Assembly: GCA_043228905.1 (NCBI GenBank) | Contig: JBHGNT010000204.1 | Location: 1-53,673 of the forward strand | Direction of reading: 5' to 3' | DNA from: Azolla caroliniana | Lineage: Eukaryota; Plantae; Polypodiophyta | DNA length: 53,673 bases | Part shown: piece after piece, positions 11,083 through 22,770 of the stretch | Layout of the letters: each line of letters begins with the position of its first letter | Numbering within the stretch: position 1 is the stretch's first letter | Notes under the pieces: model-generated | What the model was told of the DNA's origin: nothing | The model's input: the letters and a program-made list of their open reading frames with translations, nothing else | Database searches by the model: none | Program-made: the position numbers and the translations under genes

Positions 11083-11755
11083 GGGATGGAACCCATGGTT
11101 AAAGTAACCATAGTCACCTTAACCAATGTTGGTAACTTTGAGGATAGTTAGTTTGTAACCATAGTCACATTAACTATAGTAACTTATGATTGTATTAATG
11201 ATTACAAAGTCAAACTAACATATTGATCAATCTTTTATACTCATAACAACCTACAATCATTGCAAAGGTTATGAAGGAGACAATGATAGAGGTTCATGAA
11301 TGTACCAATGATTGATTACTAAAAGCAAAAAATTTTATGACTCTCAATAGTTATGTATTAAAGATGTGGGCATGAATTAACCAATGATTGATAAGTCTAA
11401 TATTTAAAATGGTGAGCATTAAAGAATCAATGAGTGAGACATTCTATATCAAAATGGGTGTCATTAATTAGCCAATGATTTTAACATTAATCCAACATAT
11501 TCAAGGCTTGTTAATGATTAGTTTTATATTTTACTTGATTTAACATCATTTAGATCTAGTTTATATAATGATTGATCATTTAAGTTAAATTACTTTATTA
11601 AAAATAATTTTTAGATGTATTGTATTTTAATAGAATATTACATAATATAGACATTCTATTGATTTGGCTTTTGTTTAGAGAGAAGTTTATGTTTAGGGAG
11701 GAGTATATGGTTAGAGAGGAGTATAACTTAGAGAGCCCTATCTAGACCTTAAGCC

Positions 11756-14536
11756 ATGAGTGAAGATTCACCGTTCTCGATTGAAGAATATTGTTTGTCA
11801 TCAGACCCATCGTTTTCTACTGAAGAGTATTGTTTGTCAACAGAGTCACCATATTCGATTGAAGAATATTGTCTTTCGACCGACTCACCATATTCTATCG
11901 AAGAATATTGTCTGAGCTCATCTACAGGGAATGTAAATAATGACACATGTGAAGAATTCTCTATTGAAGAATACGATATTAATAAAGATACCGAGAATGA
12001 AGGAAGTGCCCAGGAAACATTGAATAACATTGGCGATGGTCAGAACAGAGAATTAGACTGTAACAAGGTTACACCAACCTCTATGCAGGAAGAGAAATCT
12101 GGGAGCCCTATGCATATTAGAAGAATCCCACGAAGAATTCGTCTGGCTAGATTTAGCTTCGTGACATCAGATAAACAGATTGGATCTGATGTCAACAAAA
12201 TATGTTGTGCCCGTGGTTGTATGTCTATGATTGGAAAATCAAAGTTGCGAGAATTAAGGCGATACTATTTTTCGATGACCGGTGATGAGCAAGACACTTA
12301 CCTCGGATCACATATGCAACTAGTATCTGACAAATGTACGGGGATCAAAGTATCATTCGAGTATTATATCTTCCATGCGCAACAGATATGTAGAGTTGCA
12401 TTCAAAATTGTGTTATGTGTTAGTAACATGCGGCTACATAGAGTACAACAACGTCTACTTAGCGGGGATCAGATGCTCAATTGTAAAGAGGTTCCAAGTA
12501 TGAAAGGTGCAATTGGAAGACTAGCTATTGGCTGGATGAAAACTTACTTTCAGTTAAATTGTGAAGTAATGCCCACTACAGGTAGGATGCATCTTTCTGA
12601 TAATTATACCCGTCGGGAAGTTTATGATGTCTATCGATCTGAAATGCTGGGCTCACGTAATAAGTCTATCACCTATAGCCAATTCACAAGATTATGGAGA
12701 GCTCGGTTTTCAAATGTTATTATTCCTCGTAAAGTACGTATGGGTTATTGCTCCATTTGTGCAAATCTTAAAAGTTTGGCTAAAGGTGCAAAGACATCAA
12801 TGGAAAAGGATACGAGTAAGAAGTTACTACAAGAGCATCGTGAGGCACAATCCTTAGAACGAAGGAAGGCGATGCATCATAGAGAGAAGTGTTTGAAGAG
12901 GCCTGAACAATACATGTGCTTAATGATAGATGGCATGGACCAGAAGAAGACATGCTTGCCGCATATGCGGAGGCTCCCCAAAGATGTCAATGATGAGTGC
13001 CTTGTTCAAATGCACTTGGTGGGATGCTTGGCTTATAATAGGTCTGTTCGACCTCACGTCTTCATTACTTACCCCAATGTTCACAATGACCCTAACCTAA
13101 CAGTTAAAGTGATTCACCGAGTTTTGATGTCTTGGGGACAACCTTTCCCCCCTGTTCTATACATTCAATTGGACAATACTGCTAGAGAGAACAAAAATTC
13201 AACTGTATTTGGCTATCTAAGTATGTTGGTCAACCTAGAATTGTTTAGGAAAGTGAAAGTCAATTTCCTTTTGGTTGGCCACACACATGACCATATAGAT
13301 CAAATGTTTAGCACATTCTCCAGACAGTTGTCTCGGCATGATGCTTTCACTTTACCTAAACTATTTGATGTCATTTGTGATGCATATACACCACGCCCAA
13401 AAGTGTTACACTTGAAGGAGGTATATGACTTTAAGAGATATATATTAGATGGGGGTGGTGGGAATGTTAAAGTGCTTGCTCAGTTAAACAATATAAGTTT
13501 CAATCACATTTTTTTGATAAAGAAAAATGGAATAAGTGGTTCTACACTTTTGTATGCTAAACAATATTCATCTTCTACAACATGGGAACCTGAAGGTGGT
13601 TGCCAGTTATTACTTTGTATGCCGAGTACAATTGTCCATGGAGCTAAGCAAATGCCAATTGAGAAGAAAGGACAGTTGCAGAGCGACTTGGTATTAGAAC
13701 AAAAACGGTCATGGCTCCAAGCCTTAGAAGAAAAAAGAAAACATATTGAGGCCGCCAAGAAATATGCCGCACAACAAGACACGTCATGGTGGGATGTATT
13801 TTATACTGATCAGAAAGAAATTATAGACAATTGTGTATCTGTTGATAATTGGAATTTGGAAACGCCATTCACATGGTCGCTGCAACATGATCGCGTAAAT
13901 AGAAGTCCAGAGCGACTAGTAAATGCGATTAATGACAGCTTGGTCCATCCACAACAAAGAGACATTTATGTGGGACCAAGGATGACCAAAGCAGCCGAAG
14001 CTAGATGGCAAGGAAATTTGCAAGAGCTCACCGCGGGGATGTTGATTGCAACGCCGGCTGATGAGAACTCACATGGCCACCAATTTTGGGTTGGTAAAAT
14101 TCTAGAAGTGCTAATGCATGAAATAGAAAACACGATCAAGTCTATAAATGTTCATTGGTACAACACTAGAAGTGCAAATGCTTTTACAGGTAAGTATACA
14201 TTGGAGATGATTGAATGCCAAACAAGAAGGGGAGGTAGGAAGAGGAAGCGAAACATTCGTAACACCTCGACCCTTGATATCTCTGATGTGGATATCATCG
14301 TGTACGTCTTCACACTTACAAAAGCCGGACGATTAAGGAAGTCAACAATAGATATAATAAAAGAAAAATTACCAGGTCTACAAGGTGGCTCGAGTCAAAG
14401 GCAAACGAGATCTGCTACATATAATCTAGAGTCAAACCATTTGGTTTATGACGAAGATAATGCACTGATTGGTACATCCGAGGATGATGAGGAGGAATCG
14501 TCATTGTATATTAGTTATAGTAGTGATTCTCCGTAA
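11756..14536 (+). CDS. DDD/E RNase-H-fold transposase, 926 aa (Sola/DUF7869-like)
   Basis: Long intact ORF inside the TIR element. Cys motifs CCARGC, CRVAF and CSIC; candidate catalytic segments LMIDGMDQ, LYIQLDNTARENKN and FLLVGHTHDHIDQMFS; NLS-like RKRKR. Superfamily assignment is from motif recall plus the 4-bp TSD, not a search. Confidence 0.85.
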   Translation: MSEDSPFSIEEYCLSSDPSFSTEEYCLSTESPYSIEEYCLSTDSPYSIEEYCLSSSTGNVNNDTCEEFSIEEYDINKDTENEGSAQETLNNIGDGQNRELDCNKVTPTSMQEEKSGSPMHIRRIPRRIRLARFSFVTSDKQIGSDVNKICCARGCMSMIGKSKLRELRRYYFSMTGDEQDTYLGSHMQLVSDKCTGIKVSFEYYIFHAQQICRVAFKIVLCVSNMRLHRVQQRLLSGDQMLNCKEVPSMKGAIGRLAIGWMKTYFQLNCEVMPTTGRMHLSDNYTRREVYDVYRSEMLGSRNKSITYSQFTRLWRARFSNVIIPRKVRMGYCSICANLKSLAKGAKTSMEKDTSKKLLQEHREAQSLERRKAMHHREKCLKRPEQYMCLMIDGMDQKKTCLPHMRRLPKDVNDECLVQMHLVGCLAYNRSVRPHVFITYPNVHNDPNLTVKVIHRVLMSWGQPFPPVLYIQLDNTARENKNSTVFGYLSMLVNLELFRKVKVNFLLVGHTHDHIDQMFSTFSRQLSRHDAFTLPKLFDVICDAYTPRPKVLHLKEVYDFKRYILDGGGGNVKVLAQLNNISFNHIFLIKKNGISGSTLLYAKQYSSSTTWEPEGGCQLLLCMPSTIVHGAKQMPIEKKGQLQSDLVLEQKRSWLQALEEKRKHIEAAKKYAAQQDTSWWDVFYTDQKEIIDNCVSVDNWNLETPFTWSLQHDRVNRSPERLVNAINDSLVHPQQRDIYVGPRMTKAAEARWQGNLQELTAGMLIATPADENSHGHQFWVGKILEVLMHEIENTIKSINVHWYNTRSANAFTGKYTLEMIECQTRRGGRKRKRNIRNTSTLDISDVDIIVYVFTLTKAGRLRKSTIDIIKEKLPGLQGGSSQRQTRSATYNLESNHLVYDEDNALIGTSEDDEEESSLYISYSSDSP

Positions 14537-14858
14537 AGGAGTGATCATGAATGTATATTTGGCTATTAAGTGTAACTACATTCCGCTTGTAACAAATCGA
14601 GTAATATAAAATCATGTGTTTTGAATTCTTATGATTTCCCAAAAATCGTTTCTTATAAAATAACATTGGTTGTAAAGTTTGTGATATAAATTGAGAATGT
14701 ATGTTTTTGAAATTCGTCTTTTTTTAGTTACTTCTAAATCACGAAAATAGTGGATTTTTAACCTTTTTCATAATATGTTTGAACTTGTATGATACTGGTA
14801 TCAATGTGTTTTGTAAAATCATTGAAAAACCCCTAAAATTTCCCTTCTCCTTCCATTT

Positions 14859-14894
14859 ATGCGCGATCCTTCCACTTGTGAACGCGAACGTGTT
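14859..14894 (-). repeat. Right terminal inverted repeat
   Basis: Reverse complement is AACACGTTCGCGTTCACAAGTGGAAGGATCGCGCAT; immediately followed by the TTAC duplicate. Confidence 0.92.
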
Positions 14895-14898
14895 TTAC

Positions 14899-15372
14899 CG
14901 AGTAAAGCCTTACTTGGTGAACTGGATCCACCAACCCAAGTACACCTTGGTTTTTCGTCTTGATCAAACAACTCCACGCCACTTTAGTTGATGCCCTCTC
15001 ATGGTCTCTACCCGACCATAGGAACCCTCTCACCATTGCCTTAATATTTTTGATGCAAGTTTTGTCTAACACCCAACATGCCACCGAGTGCCACATGGTG
15101 GCTAACAAAATGTGGTTTACCACAACCACCCTACCTGCAAGAGAAAGCTTTATTGATGCCCATACTCGAAGCTTCTTTCTGATTTTGTCTGTCACTTGCT
15201 CAAGTTGCTGGTTTTTAGGTGTCTCAACGCCCACCAAAAAACCCAATTATTTAACAGCCATTCCATTAGGGACCCATTGAAAATCAGCATTAGGGCACCA
15301 AAGAGGCCATGGGTTTGAACTTGCCCAAAATACTTTGCTTTTGTTCCAATTGATTTTCCCTCCCGCCGATCT
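14899..15372 (-). mobile_element. L1-like LINE ORF2 fragment (post-RT region), right of the insertion
   Basis: KLRVWASIKLSLAGRVVVVNHIL..GFLWSG..KVAWSCLIKTKNQGVLGL, typical of plant L1 ORF2. Confidence 0.82.
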
Positions 15373-16329
15373 AGATCAAAGGAAAAATATTGACATTTTC
15401 CTTTTTAAGCTTCATTTTGACATTTTAAGAAGAATCTTTTATATTTTGAAATATTGAAAAATATAAAGTCTTAAAATTGACTAGATCAAAGTAAAAATCT
15501 TTTATATTTTGAAATATTGAAAATATAAAATTTTAAAATTGACTAGATCGAATCCTACTAATAAAATGACCTAGGATAAGGGGATTTGACTCCTTCAAAT
15601 ACTACATTTGATGGAGTATACTAACACCTATATCTAGAAAAGAAAATTCCTCATGCTTCTTTAGTTTGCACAAAAGGTATCCTCCAATTATATCGAGGTC
15701 AAACAAAAATGGAAATGAATAATTCTCTCTTCAAAGAGTAACATTCTTAAAAATTTTGGGCATTCGTACACAAAACAAGGCCAATTTTGACGGGGTCATG
15801 TGTGGCAAAATCTTTGAAGCTTGGAAATATAAGAAGAATATATATGATTTGGATCATTGATAACAATAGAATGTAATTAATTTAGGAATATGCGACAATA
15901 GATGTGTAAAAAAAAGCATATTTAAATAATAATATAAAGTTTGTGAAGTCAATTCTTTCATTCAGACCAATTATTCCATTCTTAAATATATTTAGTTATA
16001 TGCCCAAGAGTTTAGTATTGTTAAATCATGAGCTTTCAAAGCACAACTAAGACTAAAAATATTGATTAGGGGCTCACCATGTCTTTTCTTTTCTTTTCCT
16101 TTCTTTTGTCGCCTGGCCGCATCGTGTGTTGTGATTGTTTCGACTGGTGAAATGGCAAAGCAAAGCATCCAAATTGGCTGGCCCCACATCAACCACTTTG
16201 TACTCGAGAAGACTGAGCAAGGGTTGACATTGATCCATTACAAAGACACTCCACATTATAAAATCTAACTAGTGGAGAGATGATGAGACAAATTAAGACC
16301 TAACATTGACAACCACAGAGAGACACAAA

Positions 16330-17897
16330 GAGATAGATAGATAGATAGATAGATAGATTATATTATCGTCTTCGGAGGTCAAATATGACCTATGAGACCA
16401 AAAATATTACATTTCACGTGATACGTGTCAAAGTGAGTAGTGACTCTCGATGTTCAAGAACTTTACCAATGAATGTTGCAATCGAGAGTGCACATTGTGG
16501 TTGTGAGAGGAATTCATGCAAAGATTGGCTCGATCGAAGAGATGTGGAAAGCATGGTCGAATATGATCAAAGGCAGAGCATTGTATCAAATTGCAATACT
16601 CAGACTCGCGAATTTGTTTAGGGCAAAGTGTGCATAGCCGACCACTCTCATCACTTGTACCCCAATGCGTTGTTTCACATTGCAATGCATGTGAGCTAAG
16701 TCGCATGGAAGCAATGGTTCGAATGGAAGATAACGGTATGGGCTCTAATATGTATGGATGTGTACGATTTCCCTGTTCTGCAAAGAATATGGTTTTCTAG
16801 TTAGGTGCAACATGTGTAGTATAATGTGTGAAGCGTGAGCCTCCACATTTGTCCCATGTCATGATACATTGGCGTTGCAAAAATGCCTCATTTACAGAGG
16901 AATCTAATGATGCATCATGAAGCAAGTGTCTTGCATCCCATCTACCAAACCATTTTTCTATATCTTGCATCCAACCGGAACACGAAATTTTTCTTTTATG
17001 TGTCGTTTGGATCTTTTTGCTTGCTTCCCACGCAATTCTAGGAAGTCGATGTGAGGGACTTTTTTGAACCTTAAGCATGTATTCAACAACCCTTTCCATG
17101 GCCATGATCTGAATGGGAAGCGATCCCGTCTCAAGGAGGAGGAGGGTGTAGGGCGTTTGTTTCTTAGCTTGTAGAAACTTGGTAAGAAAATGCTTTTGGA
17201 CATTCTCAAACTCTTTCCACATATATTTAGGGATGCTACCACCCCATACTTCCACCCCATAGAGAAGAACCGGTGTCACCAAAGTGTCGAAAAGATATTT
17301 CTTGAGGACCCAACACTTAATATCTCCAAGATTGCATGTGTTCTCAAATGCATAGTATGCTCGCTTGCCCGCCTCTAAGCTGCGTGTAGCACATTCATTC
17401 CATCTATGATTTGAAGGAACTTCAAGGCCAAGATATCTGAAGCTTTCCATACATTCAAGTGGCTCATTGTTGTACATAATGCATGGTTTATCTCTTTTTT
17501 GGCTCTTCACAAGCATAATCTTTGTTTTAGAGCTATTGACACTTAATTTAGTATGCACGCAAAATTTTTCCAATGCCTTCATAAGCTTTTGTGCATCTCC
17601 TAAAGTATTTGCAAAAAACACTACATCATCTGCATATAGCAAAAGCATAGTCACAACATTCCCAATGACAACTTCTTGAACACATTCTTCCTTTGCAAAC
17701 TTGGTAACCATTTCTTCCAATTCATCAATGCATAGACCAAATAGTATTGGTGAGAGTGGGCATCCTTGCTTAACACCAATAGTGCTTTTGAAAAAATCTA
17801 AAAGTTGATCTCTCATGCGCACACAACATATAACCTTCTCATAAATTCGGGAAATTGCAAGCATATATTCACTTGGCACCTTCTCATAAATTCGGGA
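16330..17897 (-). mobile_element. RTE-like LINE 3' fragment with (TATC)n tail
   Basis: RT motifs GVKQGCPLSP, LLYADDVV and FRYLG; C-terminal MRLSSHAL.CE..C..C..E.H....C; short 3'UTR ending in a microsatellite. Confidence 0.85.
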
Positions 17898-18927
17898 AAA
17901 TTTTAAAATTGACTAGATCGAATCCTACTAATAAAATGACCTAGGATAAGGGGATTTGACTCCTTCAAATACTACATTTGATGGAGTATACTAACCCCTA
18001 TATCTAGAAAAGAAAATTCCTCATGCTTCTTTAGTTTGCACAAAAGGTATCCACCAATTATATCGAGGTCTCAACCTTGAGGCAATCTATCATGTGGTTA
18101 TCTTCATGACAACATTTCATATCAAGATGGCACAATACGTACATTATAGCGAGTGGTTGGATTCACTAGATCGTGTCTTGGAAAGGTTGTTGTAATCGTG
18201 ATGAATGGGAGGAACGTGTTGTTCCATGGATAATGAGACTTTGCCATGATGATCATCAATAAGATGTGAAAGAAGCTATTCTTAGTCGAAGAACATCGTT
18301 AAAAACAAAAATGGAAATGAATAATTCTCTCTTCAAAGAGTAACATTCTTAAAAATTTTGGGCATTCGTACACAAAACAAGGCCAATTTTGACGGGGTCG
18401 TGTGTGGCAAAATCTTTGAAGCTTGGAAATAGAAGAAGAATATATATGATTTGGATCATTGATGGCAATAGAATGTAATTAATTTAGGAATATGCGACGA
18501 TAGATGTGTAAAAAGAAGCATATTTAAATAATAATATAAGGTTTGTGAAGTCAATTCTTTCATTCAGACCAATTATTCCATTCTGAGATATATTTAGTTA
18601 TATGCCCAAGAGTTTAGTATTGTTAAATCATGAGCTTTCAAAGCACAACTAAGACTAAAAATATTGATTAGGGGATCACCATGTCTTTTCTTTTCTTTTC
18701 GTTTCTTGTGTCGCCTGGCCGCATCGTGTGTTGTGATTGTTTCGGCTGATGAAATGGCAAAGCAAAGCATCCAAATTGGCTGGCCCCACATCAACCACTT
18801 TGTACTCGAGAAGACTAAGCAAGGGTTGACATTGATCCATTACAAAGACACTACACATTATAAAACCTAACCAGTGGAGAGATGGTGAGACAAATTAAGA
18901 CCTAACATTGACAACCACAAAGAGACA

Positions 18928-18931
<4 letters not shown>

Positions 18932-18979
<48 letters not shown>
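18932..18979. repeat. (GA)n microsatellite in the metacaspase 5' leader
   Basis: GA run ending ~15 nt before the ATG; one unit longer in the second copy. Confidence 0.9.
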
Positions 18980-18982
<3 letters not shown>

Positions 18983-18993
18983 ATACAGACAAA

Positions 18994-20435
18994 ATGGCTA
19001 TTAAGAAGGCTATCTTAGTTGGATGTAACTACCCAGGCACGGAATCCGAGCTTCACGGATGTGTCAACGATGTGTGGAACATGCACAAGCTCCTAGTTGA
19101 CAGGTTCGGATTCTCGGAGGACGACATAAAGGTGCTCATCGACACCGACGACAACTACCCTCAACCGACGGGCGCCAATATCCGCCAATCCCTCCACGAC
19201 CTCATTTCCCAGTCGACAGCCGGCGATATCCTCTATTTCTACTACAGTGGCCATGGTGCCCGTGTACCTGCGGATGAGGACGAGAATGACGAGACAGGTT
19301 ATGACGAATGCATTGCACCTCCTGACGGCAATGTAATCAATGGTATGTGCCATACGAGAAACTATTTATATTGAGTTCCAAGTAGACATGAATCTCATCC
19401 ATTTTCCCTTGTGGATTATTATCTACGCTTGGCCATAATCTACGAGAATAAGAAAGCATTTGTGTTAATAACTACTTAGAATCCATGGACAGATTGATAT
19501 TACTCTAAACACAAGTAGTATTTGTTAAGGGGTTTAGAGTGGGTCCTATAAAAATAACAACTACATAAAGTGGGTTTTTTTTTAGCATCAAATATTTGAA
19601 ACTTCTTGTGAATCTATTAATTTGTACTTATCCCATCTCATGATGATATACAGATGACGAGTTCCGTTCCTTGGTGAATAAGCTTCCTCCTAATGTCAAA
19701 CTCACTATAGTGTCTGATTCTTGCCACAGTGGAGGTCTCATTGAGAACACAAAAGAGCAAATAGGAGAAAGCTTCCAGTCTTCCGGGGAAGGATATGGAA
19801 ATGATGAGGATGAGAGTGCATATACGGAAAACACGAGCGAGGAGGACGGGAACAATGGCAGAGATGATGTAGAGATAAAGAATAAGTCCTTGCCATTGCA
19901 CCTTTTGTTGGACATATTAAAACGAAAGTCGGGGAAAGATGATGTACGAGTAGGCAACATAAGGACAACTTTGTTTGACATTTATGGGGAGGATTCAAGC
20001 TCGATAGTGAAGAGATTTGTGAGATCTCTCAAGGGAGGGGATAGTAATGAACAAGGAGGTGATGGGTTTATGGGGTTGGTAGGATCTCCAACAACACAAA
20101 TCAGTAACCAAAGCTTTGAAGAAGAGCCGAGTGAGGATTATAGTTATATTAGCGAGGAGGATAGTGAGATCGTACGGGGCAGTGATATGGGTATCCTTGT
20201 GAGTGGGTGCCAAACTAGCCAATTCTCAAGTGACATCGATGATGGCAATGGTGGTGGTTATGGTGTTCTTAGTAATGCGATCAAAACTGTCATTGAGGCA
20301 GCCTCTCCTGATGAACCAATCACCAACCGTCAACTTGTTACACAAGTTCGTGAGTTCCTCGCATCAGAAGGCTTCACTCAACGACCCGGTCTCTATTGTA
20401 GCGATGCAAATGCCGATGCTCCCTTCATTTGCTAG
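18994..20435 (+). CDS. Type II metacaspase, 376 aa, exons 18994-19342 and 19654-20435
   Basis: KKAILVGCNYPGT..LHGCVND, catalytic His in YSGHG, catalytic Cys in SDSCHSGGLI, linker IKNKSLP, p10 GILVSGCQT..QRPGLYCSD..APFIC. Intron G|GTATGT...ATACAG|AT joins the exons in frame. Confidence 0.95.
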
Positions 20436-21672
20436 TTATCTAGTGTCAACTCTGTCCGTGTTGGAAATTCAAATAAGATGAGTGGTGTGCACTAGTTTCC
20501 ATTTTGTTGCTAGTGCTTTATGTGTTACCATTTTGTTAATAAGCTACCAATATCATTGGTAAGGGTTTGTATTCTTAATTGGTGGTGTTGTCCTTGTATA
20601 GCAACTTGTGTTACTTATCGACTCCAAATTGAAGGTCGGTTGAATAGACATCTCAGAAATAACAAAATCCATGCACACAAACCCAAGCCTAAAAGTTGCA
20701 AGCTTTTGTTGCTAGTGCTTTATGTGTTAGCATATTGTTTTAATTCGCAAACCATATCATTAGTAAAGGTTTGTATTGTTAATTGGTGTTTTCCTTGTAT
20801 ATCAAGTTGTGTTCTTTATCAACGCTAGAGTAGAGGTTGTATATCATGCTAAAGTGGTAAGATCTTGGTAAGTTTCTTACGATGGGAAAATGTAAAGAGG
20901 CCTTATTACTAGTGGGGGCAACTTTTGTTCGTTTTTTTTATGACATAATCAAACTTAAGAACGACATCTACATATAGCCAATATTGGCAAACCTCTCAAA
21001 GAAAACATTGAAACTATTCTATTTTCTTAAGTATTATATTTCCTACCTTGCAAAAATTAGTGTTTCGTTACTTCCTTTTCATACTATCTTTTACTCCTTC
21101 GACTCCGACTAGTGCAATTTGACTAGCCGACCGGCTAACACATGCAATGCTCGTGGGATAGTGCCTTGCATGGTCGAACCCCAAGACTTAGTCTTGGTCT
21201 TCCTATGCATCATCTCCAGCTTCTTGGTCGTCGTCTTTCATGTCGTCCTCCTCGGTTCCGATCACGTGATCATCCTCTTCAAGACTAACAGAGTAAGTTC
21301 TTCTTTCTTGTTAATCTATAGTGTTGTCCAGAGCTGGTCTATCTTCTAGTTGTTGTGGTTTCTCAGTACGTAGAGTCAAACCTGCCTCTCTCTCTTGATC
21401 CAAGCGTCTGTGTCATGAGTCCTCATTGATTCACTCTATTTGACCAGACTCCTGCTCCGATGTGTCCTAGTTCAACTTCGGCTCTTGTCCTAGTTGTAAC
21501 ATTACCTCATCCTCGAACTTCATTGCTTGTTGTTTCCCCTCTTGTTCACGGCGTTCCTTTTCATAAGCATTGAGTTCGAGAGCTAGTGCCATCTGTTTAT
21601 CGTCATATTCTTCCAGCAACTTGTTAATTTCCTCCTTTGTGAGGAAAGGAATCATAGATCTAGAGAAGGATA

Positions 21673-22380
21673 TGTTGAAATATACAGTACGGAAAAAGAA
21701 AACAGCAAAATAGAAAGAACACACAGTACACAAGATTTACGTGGAAACCCTAAAGGAGGGGAAAACTTCTAGTCGATAAATCGACTAGTCAACTAGCCGA
21801 CTCCTATGTCGGTTATCCAGTCTTCCTTGTCTTTGACCATCCGGTCGGCCGGACTAGTCGATCTTGTCTTCGACTTGGATCTATCAAATACTGTTGACTC
21901 TCCTAGTCTACCCTCCATGTTGATTTTACTAGTCAGGTTGCTGCTCAATCCGATCAAACCATCTTTCGGCTCTTCCAGTCTACTCCATTCAATTGTTGAC
22001 CTTTCCCAGTCGGCCAGCTGACCTCTCCCTTAGGAGGGACAAAATATCCAAACAAACTCCCCCTTCACTCCTATGGGCGGAGTCGGTTAGTATTGTCTTT
22101 TGTCGATAGACTCAGAGTTTGTCGATAGGTAGGTTTTTCCCGAGCATGTTGGATCAATTATCGTAAGTGTGGATCTTCACAAGCGTAAACTCCCTCTCAT
22201 CCACTTTCTCTCGTAACCAATGATACCTTCTCTGTATAAGTTTGGTCCGGGAGTGCTAAGCAATGTTCTTGGCTAAGTGTATGGCACTCTGATTATCACA
22301 ATAAAGTAAGAATATTTCTTGCTTCATTCCCAATTCACTAAGAAAGATCTTCATCCAAATCAGCTCTTTAACAACCTCGA
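21673..22380 (-). mobile_element. Second Copia remnant: degenerate RNase H, PPT and putative 3' LTR (21673-22054)
   Basis: Minus strand HSRTKLIQRRYHWLREKV..LVKIHT; TGAAGGGGGAGTT then TGTTTGGA. The LTR far end is less certain. Confidence 0.65.
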
Positions 22381-22705
22381 CCAAAGACACTACACATTAT
22401 AAAATCTAACCAATGGAGAGATGTCGACGACCTTTCAAAGCACAACTAAGACCAAAAGTGTATCATTGATTAGAGGCTCATCATGGTCTTTTCTTTTCTT
22501 TTCCTTTCCTTTCTTTTGTGGCCTGGCCACATCGTGTGTTGTGATTGTTTCAGGTGATGAAATGGCAAAGGATGGCATCCAAATTGGGTGGCCCTACATC
22601 ACTCACTTTGTACTCGAGAAGACAGAGCAAGGTTTGACATTGATCCATTACGAAGACACTACACATTATAAAATCTAACCAGTGGAGATATGGTGACACA
22701 ACCAC

Positions 22706-22759
<54 letters not shown>

Positions 22760-22770
<11 letters not shown>

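Larger units (their letters stand above)
5838..14894. mobile_element. Autonomous-looking TIR DNA transposon (9,057 bp, 4-bp TSD TTAC) carrying a transposase and a ParB-like/DNA-methyltransferase gene
   Basis: Left junction is agtagc-TTAC(5834-5837)-AACACGTT; right junction is AACGTGTT-TTAC(14895-14898)-cgagtaaag. The sister unit has the uninterrupted agtagc-TTAC-cgagtaaag at 36294-36312. The ends are inverted repeats. Confidence 0.95.

Noticed and set aside
10581-11126. Short repetitive ORFs (MNSIRRIEF..., CVLCVL...)
   Set aside because: By-products of the palindrome array and the 9-bp UTR repeat; only the 35-nt exon 1 is supported.
5838-14894. Bacterial/phage contamination, or a Helitron/Replitron-type element
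   Set aside because: The methylase gene has spliceosomal introns, the element has TIRs and a TSD within plant LINE sequence, and no rolling-circle Rep/helicase architecture is evident; HTH in GHTHDHID sits in a DDE-type context.
19343-19374. Stop-terminated 126-aa metacaspase ORF as a truncated gene
   Set aside because: The tail is intron read-through; splicing yields a full 376-aa protein.
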